This document shows, piece by piece, positions 47,644 through 56,630 of a stretch of 64,000 nt of DNA; position 1 is the first letter of the stretch, and every line of letters starts with the position of its first letter. The stretch spans positions 41,836-105,835 of the forward strand of contig UQQD01000001.1 in assembly GCA_900543095.1 (NCBI GenBank), read 5' to 3'. This DNA comes from an uncultured Ruminococcus sp. Lineage in GTDB: Bacteria > Bacillota > Clostridia > Oscillospirales > Acutalibacteraceae. A program made the position numbers and the translations under genes. Under the pieces are notes generated by a model. The model was given only the letters and a program-made list of their open reading frames with translations, did not search any database and was not told the origin of the DNA.

Positions 47644-48298
47644 AAACAGCAAAAAGTCAAAGATTTTTGATGTTCGGTTTTTTCCGATGGATATGGCAAG
47701 GTTTTTTATGATGCTGATGTTTCCGTTTTTAAGAGTAAAAAAACTTGGGCTTGACGGAAAACGCTATAAGATTAATTTTGACGGCGGAGCAATTCTTGCG
47801 GCAAATCATATCGGATTTACCGATCCGCTGACTATATCGGTTGCGTTTTGGTTCAGGCGTGTGTTTTTTTTGGTGGCAGAGGTTTTGATGAAGAACAGGT
47901 TCTTAGCTTTTTGGCTGAAAAAGGCGGGCTGTATTAAAATCGACAGAAATAGCACTGATATTGAAGCCGTAAGAAAATCGGTAAACGTGCTTAAAAACGG
48001 CAAACTGCTTTTGATTTTTCCCCAGGGATATATTGTGCGGGACGGTGAAATCAACAGCCTTAAATCAGGCGCAGTACTAATGGCAATGCAGGCAGGCGTG
48101 CCGATAATTCCTATGTATTCGGACAAAAGAAGTCATAAATTCGGCTTTCGCAGAATAATTATCGGTGAACCGCTTTTTTGCTCGGAGTATTGCAAAAGGA
48201 AAATGCCATCGGTTACGGAAATGAATAATATTTCAGAAATACTGCTCCAAAAGATAGATGAATGTAAAATTGTTTTTGAAAAAACAGAAAGGATTTAA
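47633..48298 (+). CDS. PlsC-family lysophospholipid acyltransferase (second copy)
   Basis: NHIGFTD H(x)4D motif and a FPQGY motif. Confidence 0.75.
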   Translation: MQNKNSKKSKIFDVRFFPMDMARFFMMLMFPFLRVKKLGLDGKRYKINFDGGAILAANHIGFTDPLTISVAFWFRRVFFLVAEVLMKNRFLAFWLKKAGCIKIDRNSTDIEAVRKSVNVLKNGKLLLIFPQGYIVRDGEINSLKSGAVLMAMQAGVPIIPMYSDKRSHKFGFRRIIIGEPLFCSEYCKRKMPSVTEMNNISEILLQKIDECKIVFEKTERI

Positions 48299-48301
48299 AT
48301 T

Positions 48302-48553
48302 ATGGATAGACTCGAAAAACTTAAAAGTATATTTGCAGATCTGTTCGGCGAAGATATAGACCTTGACAAGGTTGACGAAAGCTCAAAATTTGTTGAAGAT
48401 CTCGGAATAAATTCAATAGGACTGCTGTCTATGGCTATGGATATTGAGCAGGAATTCGATATTAAGTTCTGCAACGAAGATTTTGAAAATTTACGCACGG
48501 TAGGGGACGTCATAAAGTGTATTGAAAACAAGAAACAGAACAAAAAATGTTGA
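48302..48553 (+). CDS. Acyl carrier protein
   Basis: 83 aa with a DLGINSIGLL Ser attachment motif. Confidence 0.7.
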   Translation: MDRLEKLKSIFADLFGEDIDLDKVDESSKFVEDLGINSIGLLSMAMDIEQEFDIKFCNEDFENLRTVGDVIKCIENKKQNKKC

Positions 48554-48578
48554 CTTTTGTCATAAAATAAAATATAAT
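48550..48578 (+). promoter_or_regulatory. Sigma-A type promoter
   Basis: TTGACT, 17 nt, TATAAT. Confidence 0.5.
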
Positions 48579-48608
48579 GTTATTAATTGATTTTATGGAG
48601 GTATTATT

Positions 48609-49139
48609 ATGATTTGTCCTAATTGCGGAAATCAAATTGCAGACGGTACAGCTTTCTGCACAAACTGCGGCACACAGCTGAATAATGCTGCTCCCGAACA
48701 GCCTGCTCAGAATTATCAGCAGCCGGTTCAAAATTACCAACAACCGGCTCAGAGCTACCAACAGCCTGCTCAAAACTATCAGCAGCCGGTTCAAAACTAT
48801 CAACAGCCGGTTCAAAACTATCAACAGCCGGTTCAGCCTACGCTTATGAACGCAGAGAACCCTACTGCCGGCAAGGCTCTTGCACTCGGTATTGTTTCAC
48901 TTTGCCTTTGCTGGTTGCCTGTTGCAAGCATTATACTCGGCATATTCGCAATAAAAGCAGGTAATGAAACGCTTGCATATTCCAATCAGGGCTACAACAA
49001 ACGTCCGATGGGAATTATCGCAAAGATATTCGGTATCGTAAGTATAATTGTTTGTTCAATAATGACAATTTATTGGTTAATATTTATTATTGCTATTTGC
49101 GTTGCCGGCTCATACGCCACAACTTACTACTACTATTAA
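48609..49139 (+). CDS. Zinc-ribbon protein with QNYQQP(V/A) repeats and C-terminal DUF4190-like membrane domain
   Basis: CPNCG...CTNCG, a 7-fold repeat, and two TM helices. It is a paralog of the 31342-31944 protein. Confidence 0.55.
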   Translation: MICPNCGNQIADGTAFCTNCGTQLNNAAPEQPAQNYQQPVQNYQQPAQSYQQPAQNYQQPVQNYQQPVQNYQQPVQPTLMNAENPTAGKALALGIVSLCLCWLPVASIILGIFAIKAGNETLAYSNQGYNKRPMGIIAKIFGIVSIIVCSIMTIYWLIFIIAICVAGSYATTYYYY

Positions 49140-49164
49140 CTAATCATTAAAACTCAATTTAATT

Positions 49165-49200
49165 AAAAAACCGGCTTCACTTTAGTGAAGCCGGTTTTTT
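49165..49200 (+). terminator. Rho-independent terminator
   Basis: AAAAAACCGGCTTCAC TTTA GTGAAGCCGG followed by TTTTTT. Confidence 0.7.
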
Positions 49201-49317
49201 CAAAGAAGGCTCTATGTCAATAGTTGGGGTAAACCCGAAAAAGAAGAATTGAAATGAACAAGCGATAGTAAGTCAAGCTGTCGCTTGTTTTTTCATTTGG
49301 TGAGAAAACATATGTAA

Positions 49318-50001
49318 AATACGAATCTCAACGAAGGCTTACAGGCTGTCGGAGAGGGCGCATTCTTCTCAATAGGAGATATAAAAACCATTACAATTCC
49401 CGCAAGCGTTACATATATCGGTGATAACGCAATCGGCTACTATCCGCCCGAACACGATAATCCGTTTGTTCCGTCCGAGGTCATTCCGAATTTTATAATC
49501 TATGGAACAAGCGGCACTGAGGCTCATACTTATGCCGAGAAAAACGGAATTCAGTTTAACAGCGTTGCAATGGGAACAACTGTTAAAGGCACTGCAAAAA
49601 GTTACCTGTCAGAAAGCGATGCGGTTAAAATCCAACTTATAAAATCCGGTGCGATAGCGTATGAAACAACCGTAAAAGGCAACGTTTCCGACTATTCAAT
49701 CGCAGGCGTCGCAAACGGAACATACACAATGAAAGTTTCTAAAAATGCCCACGCCGACAGAGAATATACAGTAAAAGTTTCAAGCGCCGATGTAACGCAA
49801 AATGTTGAAATATTCCCGATGGGTGATGTAAACAACGACGGCTTTATCACTATTCTTGATGCAACTCTTGTGCAGAAGTATTTGGCTAAAGTAATAAATG
49901 AGGACTCCCTTGCGCTGGATAACGCCGATTTTGACTCAGACGATATTGTAAGAATTAATGATGCTACGGCTATTCAAAAAAACTTGCAAAAGCAGATATA
50001 A
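49318..50001 (+). pseudogene. 5'-truncated BspA-like leucine-rich-repeat + dockerin surface protein remnant
   Basis: The frame is open from the stop at 49315 and encodes LRR (GAFxxxxxIKTITIPASVTYIGDNA) before any ATG. The first ATG is at 49570. A C-terminal dockerin is present. Confidence 0.4.
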
Positions 50002-50019
50002 AAAAATATTAATTTTAAG

Positions 50020-50145
50020 ATGGGGGACTGTCGCATTAAGATGCAGAAAGCGTTTTTGTCGCTCTGCGCTGAATGCGACAGTCCCTATCGGCTTTTACTT
50101 TCGGCACCTTCCCTACAATGTGAGGACGTTTTTTGTGCATAATGC
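50020..50145 (-). repeat. Family-2 element, copy I (inverse orientation of copy H)
   Basis: GGGGGACTGTCGCATT...AATGCGACAGTCCC hairpin. The reverse complement aligns at about 80% to 35995-36075. Confidence 0.6.
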
Positions 50146-50244
50146 GGTTAATGAGGGTTATACCTGTTTTTTTGGAATTTTTTCGTTGAAATTATATTTT
50201 GTTTGATATATAATAGGAATATCAAATTTTAAAGGAATGAAAAT

Positions 50245-51093
50245 ATGAATAGTTTAGCAAAAAAAATCATTTCGGTATGTATTGCATTAGTTGTGCTGAT
50301 GTCTGTATCTGTTACCGCATTTGCGGCAGATGACATTCTTGATATTAACGACGGTGCAAAGGTTAATGTCGGCGACAGAGTTAAGTATACGCTTTATCTT
50401 GCCGATACAAAAGAGGAAATTATAGGTTTTGAGCTTCGGCTTTTCTATGATAAGGATTACCTTGAGCTTGACAAAAAATCTCTTGAATTTGACAAGTTTG
50501 ACGGTGTTATCTATAATACAGACCTTGATAATATGATTCCAATCAACTGGACTAATATCAGTAACCCCGCCGATTTTTCAAAGAAAGCAATGTTTTTGTC
50601 GCTTGAATTCAGAGTTCTGAAAGAGGGCGAAACTGATATTTCTCAATTTGTGTCAGAAATGTACGGCGATGATATGACATATCTTAAATCATACACATGG
50701 ACATATGACATCAGCGTAAATGATGAAACCGTTGTTTCGGATCAAGTCCCGATAATCAGCGAAGATGAGGATACGCTGAAAAACAGACAAGGCAGCTTCA
50801 TTAATTATCTTGACGGTAAAGGTGAGGAAAACACACCCGATAAGGATAATCACCCTGCTGTAATCAGTTATACACAAAATGTTACGGATATTGTTGAAGT
50901 AACAAAGAATTCAAGCTCAGGCGGCAATTCCGCCGATTCGGATTTTCCGCTTATCCCGGTAATAATCGGTGCTGCCGTTTTGGTAGTGGTTCTTGCAGTT
51001 GTCGGTGTTTTGATTGTGAAAAAGCGTGATGATAATGTGGATTTATCCGCAATTCCGACTCAACAGGACGAGAATAATAAAAAATCCGACTAA
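50245..51093 (+). CDS. Cohesin-like domain protein with Ser/Asp-rich linker and C-terminal TM anchor
   Basis: Signal peptide, a beta-sandwich-like segment (GFELRLFYDKDYLELD...INWTN), and a C-terminal TM + KKRDD. Confidence 0.45.
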   Translation: MNSLAKKIISVCIALVVLMSVSVTAFAADDILDINDGAKVNVGDRVKYTLYLADTKEEIIGFELRLFYDKDYLELDKKSLEFDKFDGVIYNTDLDNMIPINWTNISNPADFSKKAMFLSLEFRVLKEGETDISQFVSEMYGDDMTYLKSYTWTYDISVNDETVVSDQVPIISEDEDTLKNRQGSFINYLDGKGEENTPDKDNHPAVISYTQNVTDIVEVTKNSSSGGNSADSDFPLIPVIIGAAVLVVVLAVVGVLIVKKRDDNVDLSAIPTQQDENNKKSD

Positions 51094-51222
51094 TTGCACA
51101 AAAATCGACATCAACTTTATTGAAAATTAATTAATATTTTTTTTAAAAATTATTGATTTTTTGACAAAGCTGATATATAATTAAACTAACCGAATTATCG
51201 GAAAATGTATGGAGGAAAAATT

Positions 51223-52248
51223 ATGAAGAAAAAGCTTTTAAGTTTAATTCTTGCAGGTTCTGTTGTGGCTTCAATGGCTGCAATAGCAACAACAAGTGCA
51301 TCTGCTATTGTTGACACAGACGGCACTTATAAACCCGGTGAGGGTATCAAAACAAAGAGAGTTTATTTTACATTGCCTGACGTCTGGAAAAACTCTTACA
51401 CAAATTCAGCCGGCTGTTATTGGTGGGGCGGTACTGACCCTTGCAGCTCTATTGACGGCGGCGTTGGCGAACTTAGTTGGCCGGGATACAAGGCAAAATA
51501 TGATTCAAGCCTTGAAGAGAAGGGTGTTAAAACACTTTATTATCTTGATATTCCCGATGATGTTCCTACAGTAGTTTGGAACAACTACCTTGACGGCGGT
51601 TTGGATGTGACTGCTCCGCAGTATACAGCCGCTATGCAGTGTGAAGATTCAAAGTGTGAGTATATGTCAGAAGGCGATAGGGAGACTTATGATAATCAGG
51701 AAGGTTTCTGGACAGAGATGGAAGACAGCTTCAATGGTGATAAGGCTGCTCTCGGCGATTTTGCCGATAACTTCTTTATGAGTGAATACGGTATTGCTTT
51801 CACAATGAATAATATGATTTGGGTTCCTGATCTTAGTAGTGAGCCTTCTACTTCAGTAACCGGTCAGTTAACTTATTTCGGCGAATGGTACTTCTACTAT
51901 AATGACGGTACATATGGTACATACCCAACAAAGGAAGCAGCTCAGGCAAAGGGCACAGTCGGCGATCTTACAGTTGCTCCCGCTCCACCGGCAACAAAAG
52001 ATGAAGCAGATACAACAAACCCAACAAACCCAGCAAACCCAAAAGATACTGATCCGCAGACAACAGTTCCGGGTGAACCTTCAACCGATGCTACTTCTGC
52101 AGTAAATAAATCAACATCTGATACTACAAAGTCATCTGATAATACTTCAATCAAGACAGGCGCAGCTTCACTTGCAGTTGTTCTTCTTGTTGTTCTTTCA
52201 GGCGTAGCTACAGTTGCTTACTTTACTCGCAAGAAATATGATAAATAA
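51223..52248 (+). CDS. Secreted surface protein with Thr/Pro-rich stalk and C-terminal SIKTG sorting-signal-like anchor
   Basis: Signal peptide. TTNPTNPANP linker. IKTG + 21-aa hydrophobic segment + RKKYDK tail. Confidence 0.5.
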   Translation: MKKKLLSLILAGSVVASMAAIATTSASAIVDTDGTYKPGEGIKTKRVYFTLPDVWKNSYTNSAGCYWWGGTDPCSSIDGGVGELSWPGYKAKYDSSLEEKGVKTLYYLDIPDDVPTVVWNNYLDGGLDVTAPQYTAAMQCEDSKCEYMSEGDRETYDNQEGFWTEMEDSFNGDKAALGDFADNFFMSEYGIAFTMNNMIWVPDLSSEPSTSVTGQLTYFGEWYFYYNDGTYGTYPTKEAAQAKGTVGDLTVAPAPPATKDEADTTNPTNPANPKDTDPQTTVPGEPSTDATSAVNKSTSDTTKSSDNTSIKTGAASLAVVLLVVLSGVATVAYFTRKKYDK

Positions 52249-52276
52249 GTTTGCTGATTCCTTATAGGTAATGCTT

Positions 52277-52305
52277 AAAACGCTCCCGATTTTGGGAGCG
52301 TTTTT
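52277..52305 (+). terminator. Rho-independent terminator
   Basis: AAAACGCTCCCGATTTTGGGAGCG followed by TTTTT. Confidence 0.7.
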
Positions 52306-52383
52306 GCGTATATGATTTAAATTTAGCGGTAAATATGTACAGATACCCTCGTTCTTCTTCATATTACTTGATTTTTAGTGCCT

Positions 52384-52503
52384 GTTATATTATAATCTAA
52401 GTACAGATGTCCTTCGCCGATTAGGCAGAGGGTTGTTATATCAGGGCTTGCAATCTGTCGCAAGCCTTGCTTCTTGTGAGTAAAGCGTTGCTCCGATTTA
52501 AAC
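52384..52503 (+). repeat. Family-1 modular element, copy F, acting as leader of the 52544 gene
   Basis: TGTTATATTATAATCTAAGTACAG, a P1-like hairpin, GGCTTGCAATCTGTCGCAAGCC, and TTGCTCCGATTTAAAC. Confidence 0.7.
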
Positions 52504-52543
52504 TACGATGAATTAATATGGAATGATATTGGAGGAAAAGGTA

Positions 52544-53602
52544 ATGTCAAAAAAAGCAGTTAGTTTTGTTTTGGCAATTATGCTTACGGTTACAATGATA
52601 ACCGTAACGGCTCTTTGCGTATATGCCGAATCAGATGACGATGCCTATGACAACACAGCTTTTTCAGATTATCAGCTTTCGGATAATGCTTTTGAGGGAG
52701 AGCCGCAAGCCGAGCCGTCGGAAACATCGGCAACGGAGGCGAGTACGGATTCTGTAAACGGCAAATATCCGAATTTAACGGTGAATGCAATTTCAAACTA
52801 TTTTCCAAGAGCAGCTGCCGAATACAATTCAACCACAAAAGAAGTAACGGTTACCTATTGGTTAAACCTTTCAAAAAACATTCTTAACACTCAGTGGTAT
52901 ATAACATACGATTCAAGCGTGCTTTCGGTCTCCAACAGAAAAAACACGCCTGCATCTGTATGTCCGACTGTCGGTGCAAACGGAAGTCTTGATTTGAGCG
53001 AGGAAAACATCATAAATTATACCGCAACAAATATGAGATTGTTTGATTTTACTTCTCAAATGGTTCCCTTTGCAAAGATAGTATTTGATGTAGATGATTT
53101 GCAAAACGACAGTGCCGTTACAACAACCATAGATCTTACCGTTGATGTATTGAGGGTGTCGAAAGCAGATTCGAATACGTTGCTGTCGGCTGACAGCGAG
53201 GAAGTCAGCCTTGTAAATAATTGTGAAATAGCAAAAAATCAGCAAACATCCTTAATTGATGTTGATTACAAAACCACATTGACAATATCTAACTATGTTG
53301 CACCGACTACGGCAGAAAATACCAAGAAAAGCACTGATGATGAAAGCAATACTCAACAAGACTCAACCGATGTTTCTGTTGAACCGTCCGAGCAGTCATC
53401 CCAGCCATCTGAAACTGACGCAACCTCAAAAATCGACAGCTCAAATTCCGTTCCTTCCGAAACAGCTCCGCCAAATGTCGGAGCGGGGCAGACTAACGCT
53501 GTTGTTAATACGGGCGATACTTATCTCGCTCTGATATTCCTTTGCGTTCAGATATTTGCAACGGGAGTTTTGTTTGTAATGCGTAAAAAGGAAATGTATT
53601 AA
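52544..53602 (+). CDS. Secreted cohesin-like surface protein with C-terminal VNTGD sorting-signal-like anchor
   Basis: Signal peptide. The QWYITYDSSVLSV pattern resembles the cohesin G..F.L.YD..L pattern. Ser/Thr-rich linker. NTGD + TM + RKKEMY. Confidence 0.45.
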   Translation: MSKKAVSFVLAIMLTVTMITVTALCVYAESDDDAYDNTAFSDYQLSDNAFEGEPQAEPSETSATEASTDSVNGKYPNLTVNAISNYFPRAAAEYNSTTKEVTVTYWLNLSKNILNTQWYITYDSSVLSVSNRKNTPASVCPTVGANGSLDLSEENIINYTATNMRLFDFTSQMVPFAKIVFDVDDLQNDSAVTTTIDLTVDVLRVSKADSNTLLSADSEEVSLVNNCEIAKNQQTSLIDVDYKTTLTISNYVAPTTAENTKKSTDDESNTQQDSTDVSVEPSEQSSQPSETDATSKIDSSNSVPSETAPPNVGAGQTNAVVNTGDTYLALIFLCVQIFATGVLFVMRKKEMY

Positions 53603-53659
53603 TGTAACAATGTACCTGTTTGATATGAGTTATGTTCATAAGAAACACTCTGATTTACA

Positions 53660-53690
53660 AGCCTTCCCCTCAAGGGAGGGTTTTGTTTTT
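53660..53690 (+). terminator. Rho-independent terminator
   Basis: CCTTCCC CTCAA GGGAGGG followed by TTTTGTTTTT. Confidence 0.55.
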
Positions 53691-54201
53691 CACAAACATT
53701 TCAAAGGTGCCCCTTCAGGGGAGCTGTCTCTGCAAGTAGGAGCATAGCTCCTTTATTCCGAGTGTAGCAACGTCAAATATTTAAAAAAACGTCATATTCA
53801 GCATATTTGCACTGCATTTTAGAAAAACAGTGTTTTCCTTTGAGGGGTGAGAGTTGTTTGTAGAGGATAGTCAAAATGCGCAGCGTTCGCCTGCGATTAT
53901 TTGTAGGGAACGGTCTTGACCGTTCCGTTATTTTTGGTTGTAGGGGCGTTTTCTGCGAAAACGGCAAACCCTTTGTCGGCAAGCCGACATTTCCCTTATC
54001 AAGGGAATATATTGTTCGCCCACGGACAGCCGCAAGGGCTGTCCCTACATTCTCAGTGCAGGAAGGTGTATATTTTCCAAAAGTTATGCTCAGCATAGTT
54101 ACAATGCATTCAGGGAATATGCTGTTTACCCTGCAATACATAACACATCAGTTAGATTGAATCGACATTTCGTAATCAAAACTAATAAAAAAGATAAAAC
54201 A

Positions 54202-54235
54202 AAAAAACTGCCTCACCAAAAGTGAAGCAGTTTTG
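54202..54235 (-). terminator. Rho-independent terminator of rpmB
   Basis: On the minus strand, CTGCTTCAC TTTT GGTGAGGCAG followed by TTTTTTT. Confidence 0.7.
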
Positions 54236-54250
54236 TAATTTCATAAAGAA

Positions 54251-54439
54251 TCAGTTAGCTCTGGTAACCTTACCTGAACGTAAACAACGGGTGCAAGCAT
54301 ATACACGCTTCGGAGAACCGTCAACGATAGCCTTAACACGCTGTACGTTTGGTTTCCATGTTCTGTTGGAACGTCTGTGAGAGTGAGATACCTTGATGCC
54401 GAACTTTACATCCTTACCGCAGAATTCACATTTTGCCAT
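54251..54439 (-). CDS. rpmB: 50S ribosomal protein L28
   Basis: MAKCEFCGKDVKFGIKVSHSHRRSNRTWKPNVQ. The start is at MAK with a GGAGG RBS. Confidence 0.85.
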   Translation of the reverse strand: MAKCEFCGKDVKFGIKVSHSHRRSNRTWKPNVQRVKAIVDGSPKRVYACTRCLRSGKVTRAN

Positions 54440-54578
54440 GCGTCTGCACCTCCTTAAACAATTCAAAATCTATCTCTAACTTTGTTATAATAACAGATAA
54501 TGGACAAAAATGCAAGTGTTTTTTTTAAATTTCTTAACTTGTTTTTTTATTTATTTTATTATATAATATATTTTAAGT

Positions 54579-55289
54579 ATGTATTTCTATTATGGAGGAC
54601 TTATGCTTTTTCAGATATTATCGGGAAATTTTACATTTGAATCTATTGTGGCTGAAATTTTAGCCGTACTCGTAATCATATTTTTGATTTTGCCGTTTCA
54701 CGAATGGGCGCACGCATTTACCGCTTCGCTTCTCGGCGACAAGGCGGTAAAGCAAAGGGGCAGGCTCTCGCTTAATCCGCTGAGTCATATCGACCCTATC
54801 GGCGCAATGTTTATGATACTTATCGGATTCGGCTGGGCAAAGCCCGTGCCGATTGATCCGCGAAATTTCAAAAACCCAAAGCTCGGAATGGCAATAACCG
54901 CTGTTATGGGACCTGTTGCCAACCTTGTTGCGGCAATGGCGGGAATGTTGATATTCAACGGCATAGCGTGCTTTGCTCCGACATTCTTTTTCAGCGGCGT
55001 AGGCTCGTTTGTGTATTACTTTCTTACATTTTATATCAGTTCAAACATAACCCTTGCGGTATTTAACCTGATTCCGATGCCGCCGCTTGACGGCTCAAAG
55101 ATACTGTTTTTGTTTTTGCCCGATTCTGCGGTAAACTTTTTCTATAAATATCAGATGATATTTTTCGTTGCACTTTTTGCGCTGATGTATATGGGCGCAT
55201 TAAACGGTGTTATCAGCTGGGCGACCAACGGAATTGCAACAGGCTTAAATTGGCTTACGTCGTTGCCGTATCTCCCGTTTGTTCACTGA
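54579..55289 (+). CDS. Site-2 protease family (M50) membrane metalloprotease
   Basis: HEWAH HExxH motif in a TM helix, and 5-6 TM segments. Confidence 0.65.
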   Translation: MYFYYGGLMLFQILSGNFTFESIVAEILAVLVIIFLILPFHEWAHAFTASLLGDKAVKQRGRLSLNPLSHIDPIGAMFMILIGFGWAKPVPIDPRNFKNPKLGMAITAVMGPVANLVAAMAGMLIFNGIACFAPTFFFSGVGSFVYYFLTFYISSNITLAVFNLIPMPPLDGSKILFLFLPDSAVNFFYKYQMIFFVALFALMYMGALNGVISWATNGIATGLNWLTSLPYLPFVH

Positions 55290-55308
55290 CGGTTTAGGAG
55301 GGCGGCTG

Positions 55309-56028
55309 ATGGAAACGCAATTTCAATATAAGCTGCCCGTTTTTGAGGGGCCGCTTGACCTTCTTTTAACGCTTATCTCAAAAAATAAAATTGATATATA
55401 TGATATTCGGATTTCCGACCTGCTTGACCAATATATGGAACAGATAAACCGTATGCAGGAAAATCAGATGGACATTGCTTCGGAATTTTTGACAATGGCG
55501 TCAAGACTTGTTTATATCAAGTCGGTTATGCTTTTGCCAAAATATGAAGAAGAGGCGGAAGAACTGAAAAAAGAGCTTTCGGGGCAGTTGCTTGAATATG
55601 CGGTTTGCCGTGAGATTGCCGAAAAGCTTGGTAATATATATGACTTTGATACGTTTTGCCGTGAGGCTTCGCCCGTAGAATTTGACTTGACCTATACTCG
55701 GCTTCACCCTGCCGAGGACATTGCAAAAGCGTATATCAGCGCTGTAGGGCGGGGAAAGCGAAAGCTTCCGCCGTCGGAGCAGGCGTTTTCCGGTATTGTT
55801 TCGCACAAGATTGTATCGGTAAACAGCAAGATAATTCAGCTTATGCGCAGACTTTGGCACGGCAAAAGGCTTGAATACCACGAAATTTTTGAAGTGTGCG
55901 AGGGCAAAAGCGAGCTTGTGGCAACATTTCTTGCAACGCTTGAGCTTGTAAAGGGCAAGCGTATACGCATTGAGGGCACGGGCGAAAATGCCGTTGTGCA
56001 TATGATTGAGAAAAAGGAGGCGCAGTGA
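55309..56028 (+). CDS. scpA: Segregation and condensation protein A
   Basis: METQFQYKLPVFEGPLDLLLTLI N-terminus. Confidence 0.85.
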   Translation: METQFQYKLPVFEGPLDLLLTLISKNKIDIYDIRISDLLDQYMEQINRMQENQMDIASEFLTMASRLVYIKSVMLLPKYEEEAEELKKELSGQLLEYAVCREIAEKLGNIYDFDTFCREASPVEFDLTYTRLHPAEDIAKAYISAVGRGKRKLPPSEQAFSGIVSHKIVSVNSKIIQLMRRLWHGKRLEYHEIFEVCEGKSELVATFLATLELVKGKRIRIEGTGENAVVHMIEKKEAQ

Positions 56029-56630
56029 TGGCTGTGGAAAATATTTCTGCCGCAATAGAGGCAATATTGTTTTCAAGCGGTTCTTCCGTTGAGGTCGAAA
56101 GACTTGCCCAGGCACTTGAAATCAGCGAAAACCGTGTAAATGAAGCCGTTGCCGCGCTTATTGAGGATTATGCCGCCGCAAATCGGGGCATAACAATATT
56201 GAAGCTTGATAACGCATATCAAATGACGTCAAACAAAGAATATGCGCCCCAAATCCGTACAGTTATGGATTTGCGCCGCAACACTCCGCTTTCTCAGGCG
56301 GCTCTTGAGGTGCTTGCCGTTGTTGCATACAATCAACCGGTGACTAAGGCTTTTGTTGAGCAGGTCAGAGGCGTTGATTGCAGCGGCGTTATAGGCAGTC
56401 TTACCACAAAGGGGCTTGTTGAGGAAAAGGGCAGACTTGAACTCCCCGGCAGACCGCTTTTGTACGGAACTACCGAAAATTTTCTCAGGTGCTTTAATAT
56501 ATCAAGCCTTGACGAGCTTCCGCCGCTTCCCGAAAACAGCGAGGAAAAAAGCGGTGAAGATAACTCGGAAACGGCCAACAGCTCAGATGATGAGCAAATC
56601 AATATTCTTGACGATCAGACCGATAAATAA
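56025..56630 (+). CDS. scpB: Segregation and condensation protein B
   Basis: EAILFSSGSSVEVERLAQAL motif and an acidic tail. Confidence 0.85.
   Translation: MMAVENISAAIEAILFSSGSSVEVERLAQALEISENRVNEAVAALIEDYAAANRGITILKLDNAYQMTSNKEYAPQIRTVMDLRRNTPLSQAALEVLAVVAYNQPVTKAFVEQVRGVDCSGVIGSLTTKGLVEEKGRLELPGRPLLYGTTENFLRCFNISSLDELPPLPENSEEKSGEDNSETANSSDDEQINILDDQTDK

Noticed and set aside
53773-54160. 122-aa (minus) and 94-aa (plus) ORFs in the rpmB-downstream gap
   Set aside because: They overlap each other, lie in a hairpin-dense region, and have low-complexity composition. The region is more plausibly RNA or non-coding.
53603-54250. tmRNA or RNase P RNA in the 650-bp gap
   Set aside because: I could not find the tmRNA tag-peptide reading frame, the GGGG 5' end paired with a CCA-like 3' end, or the RNase P P4 consensus (AGGAAAGUCCGGGCUCC).
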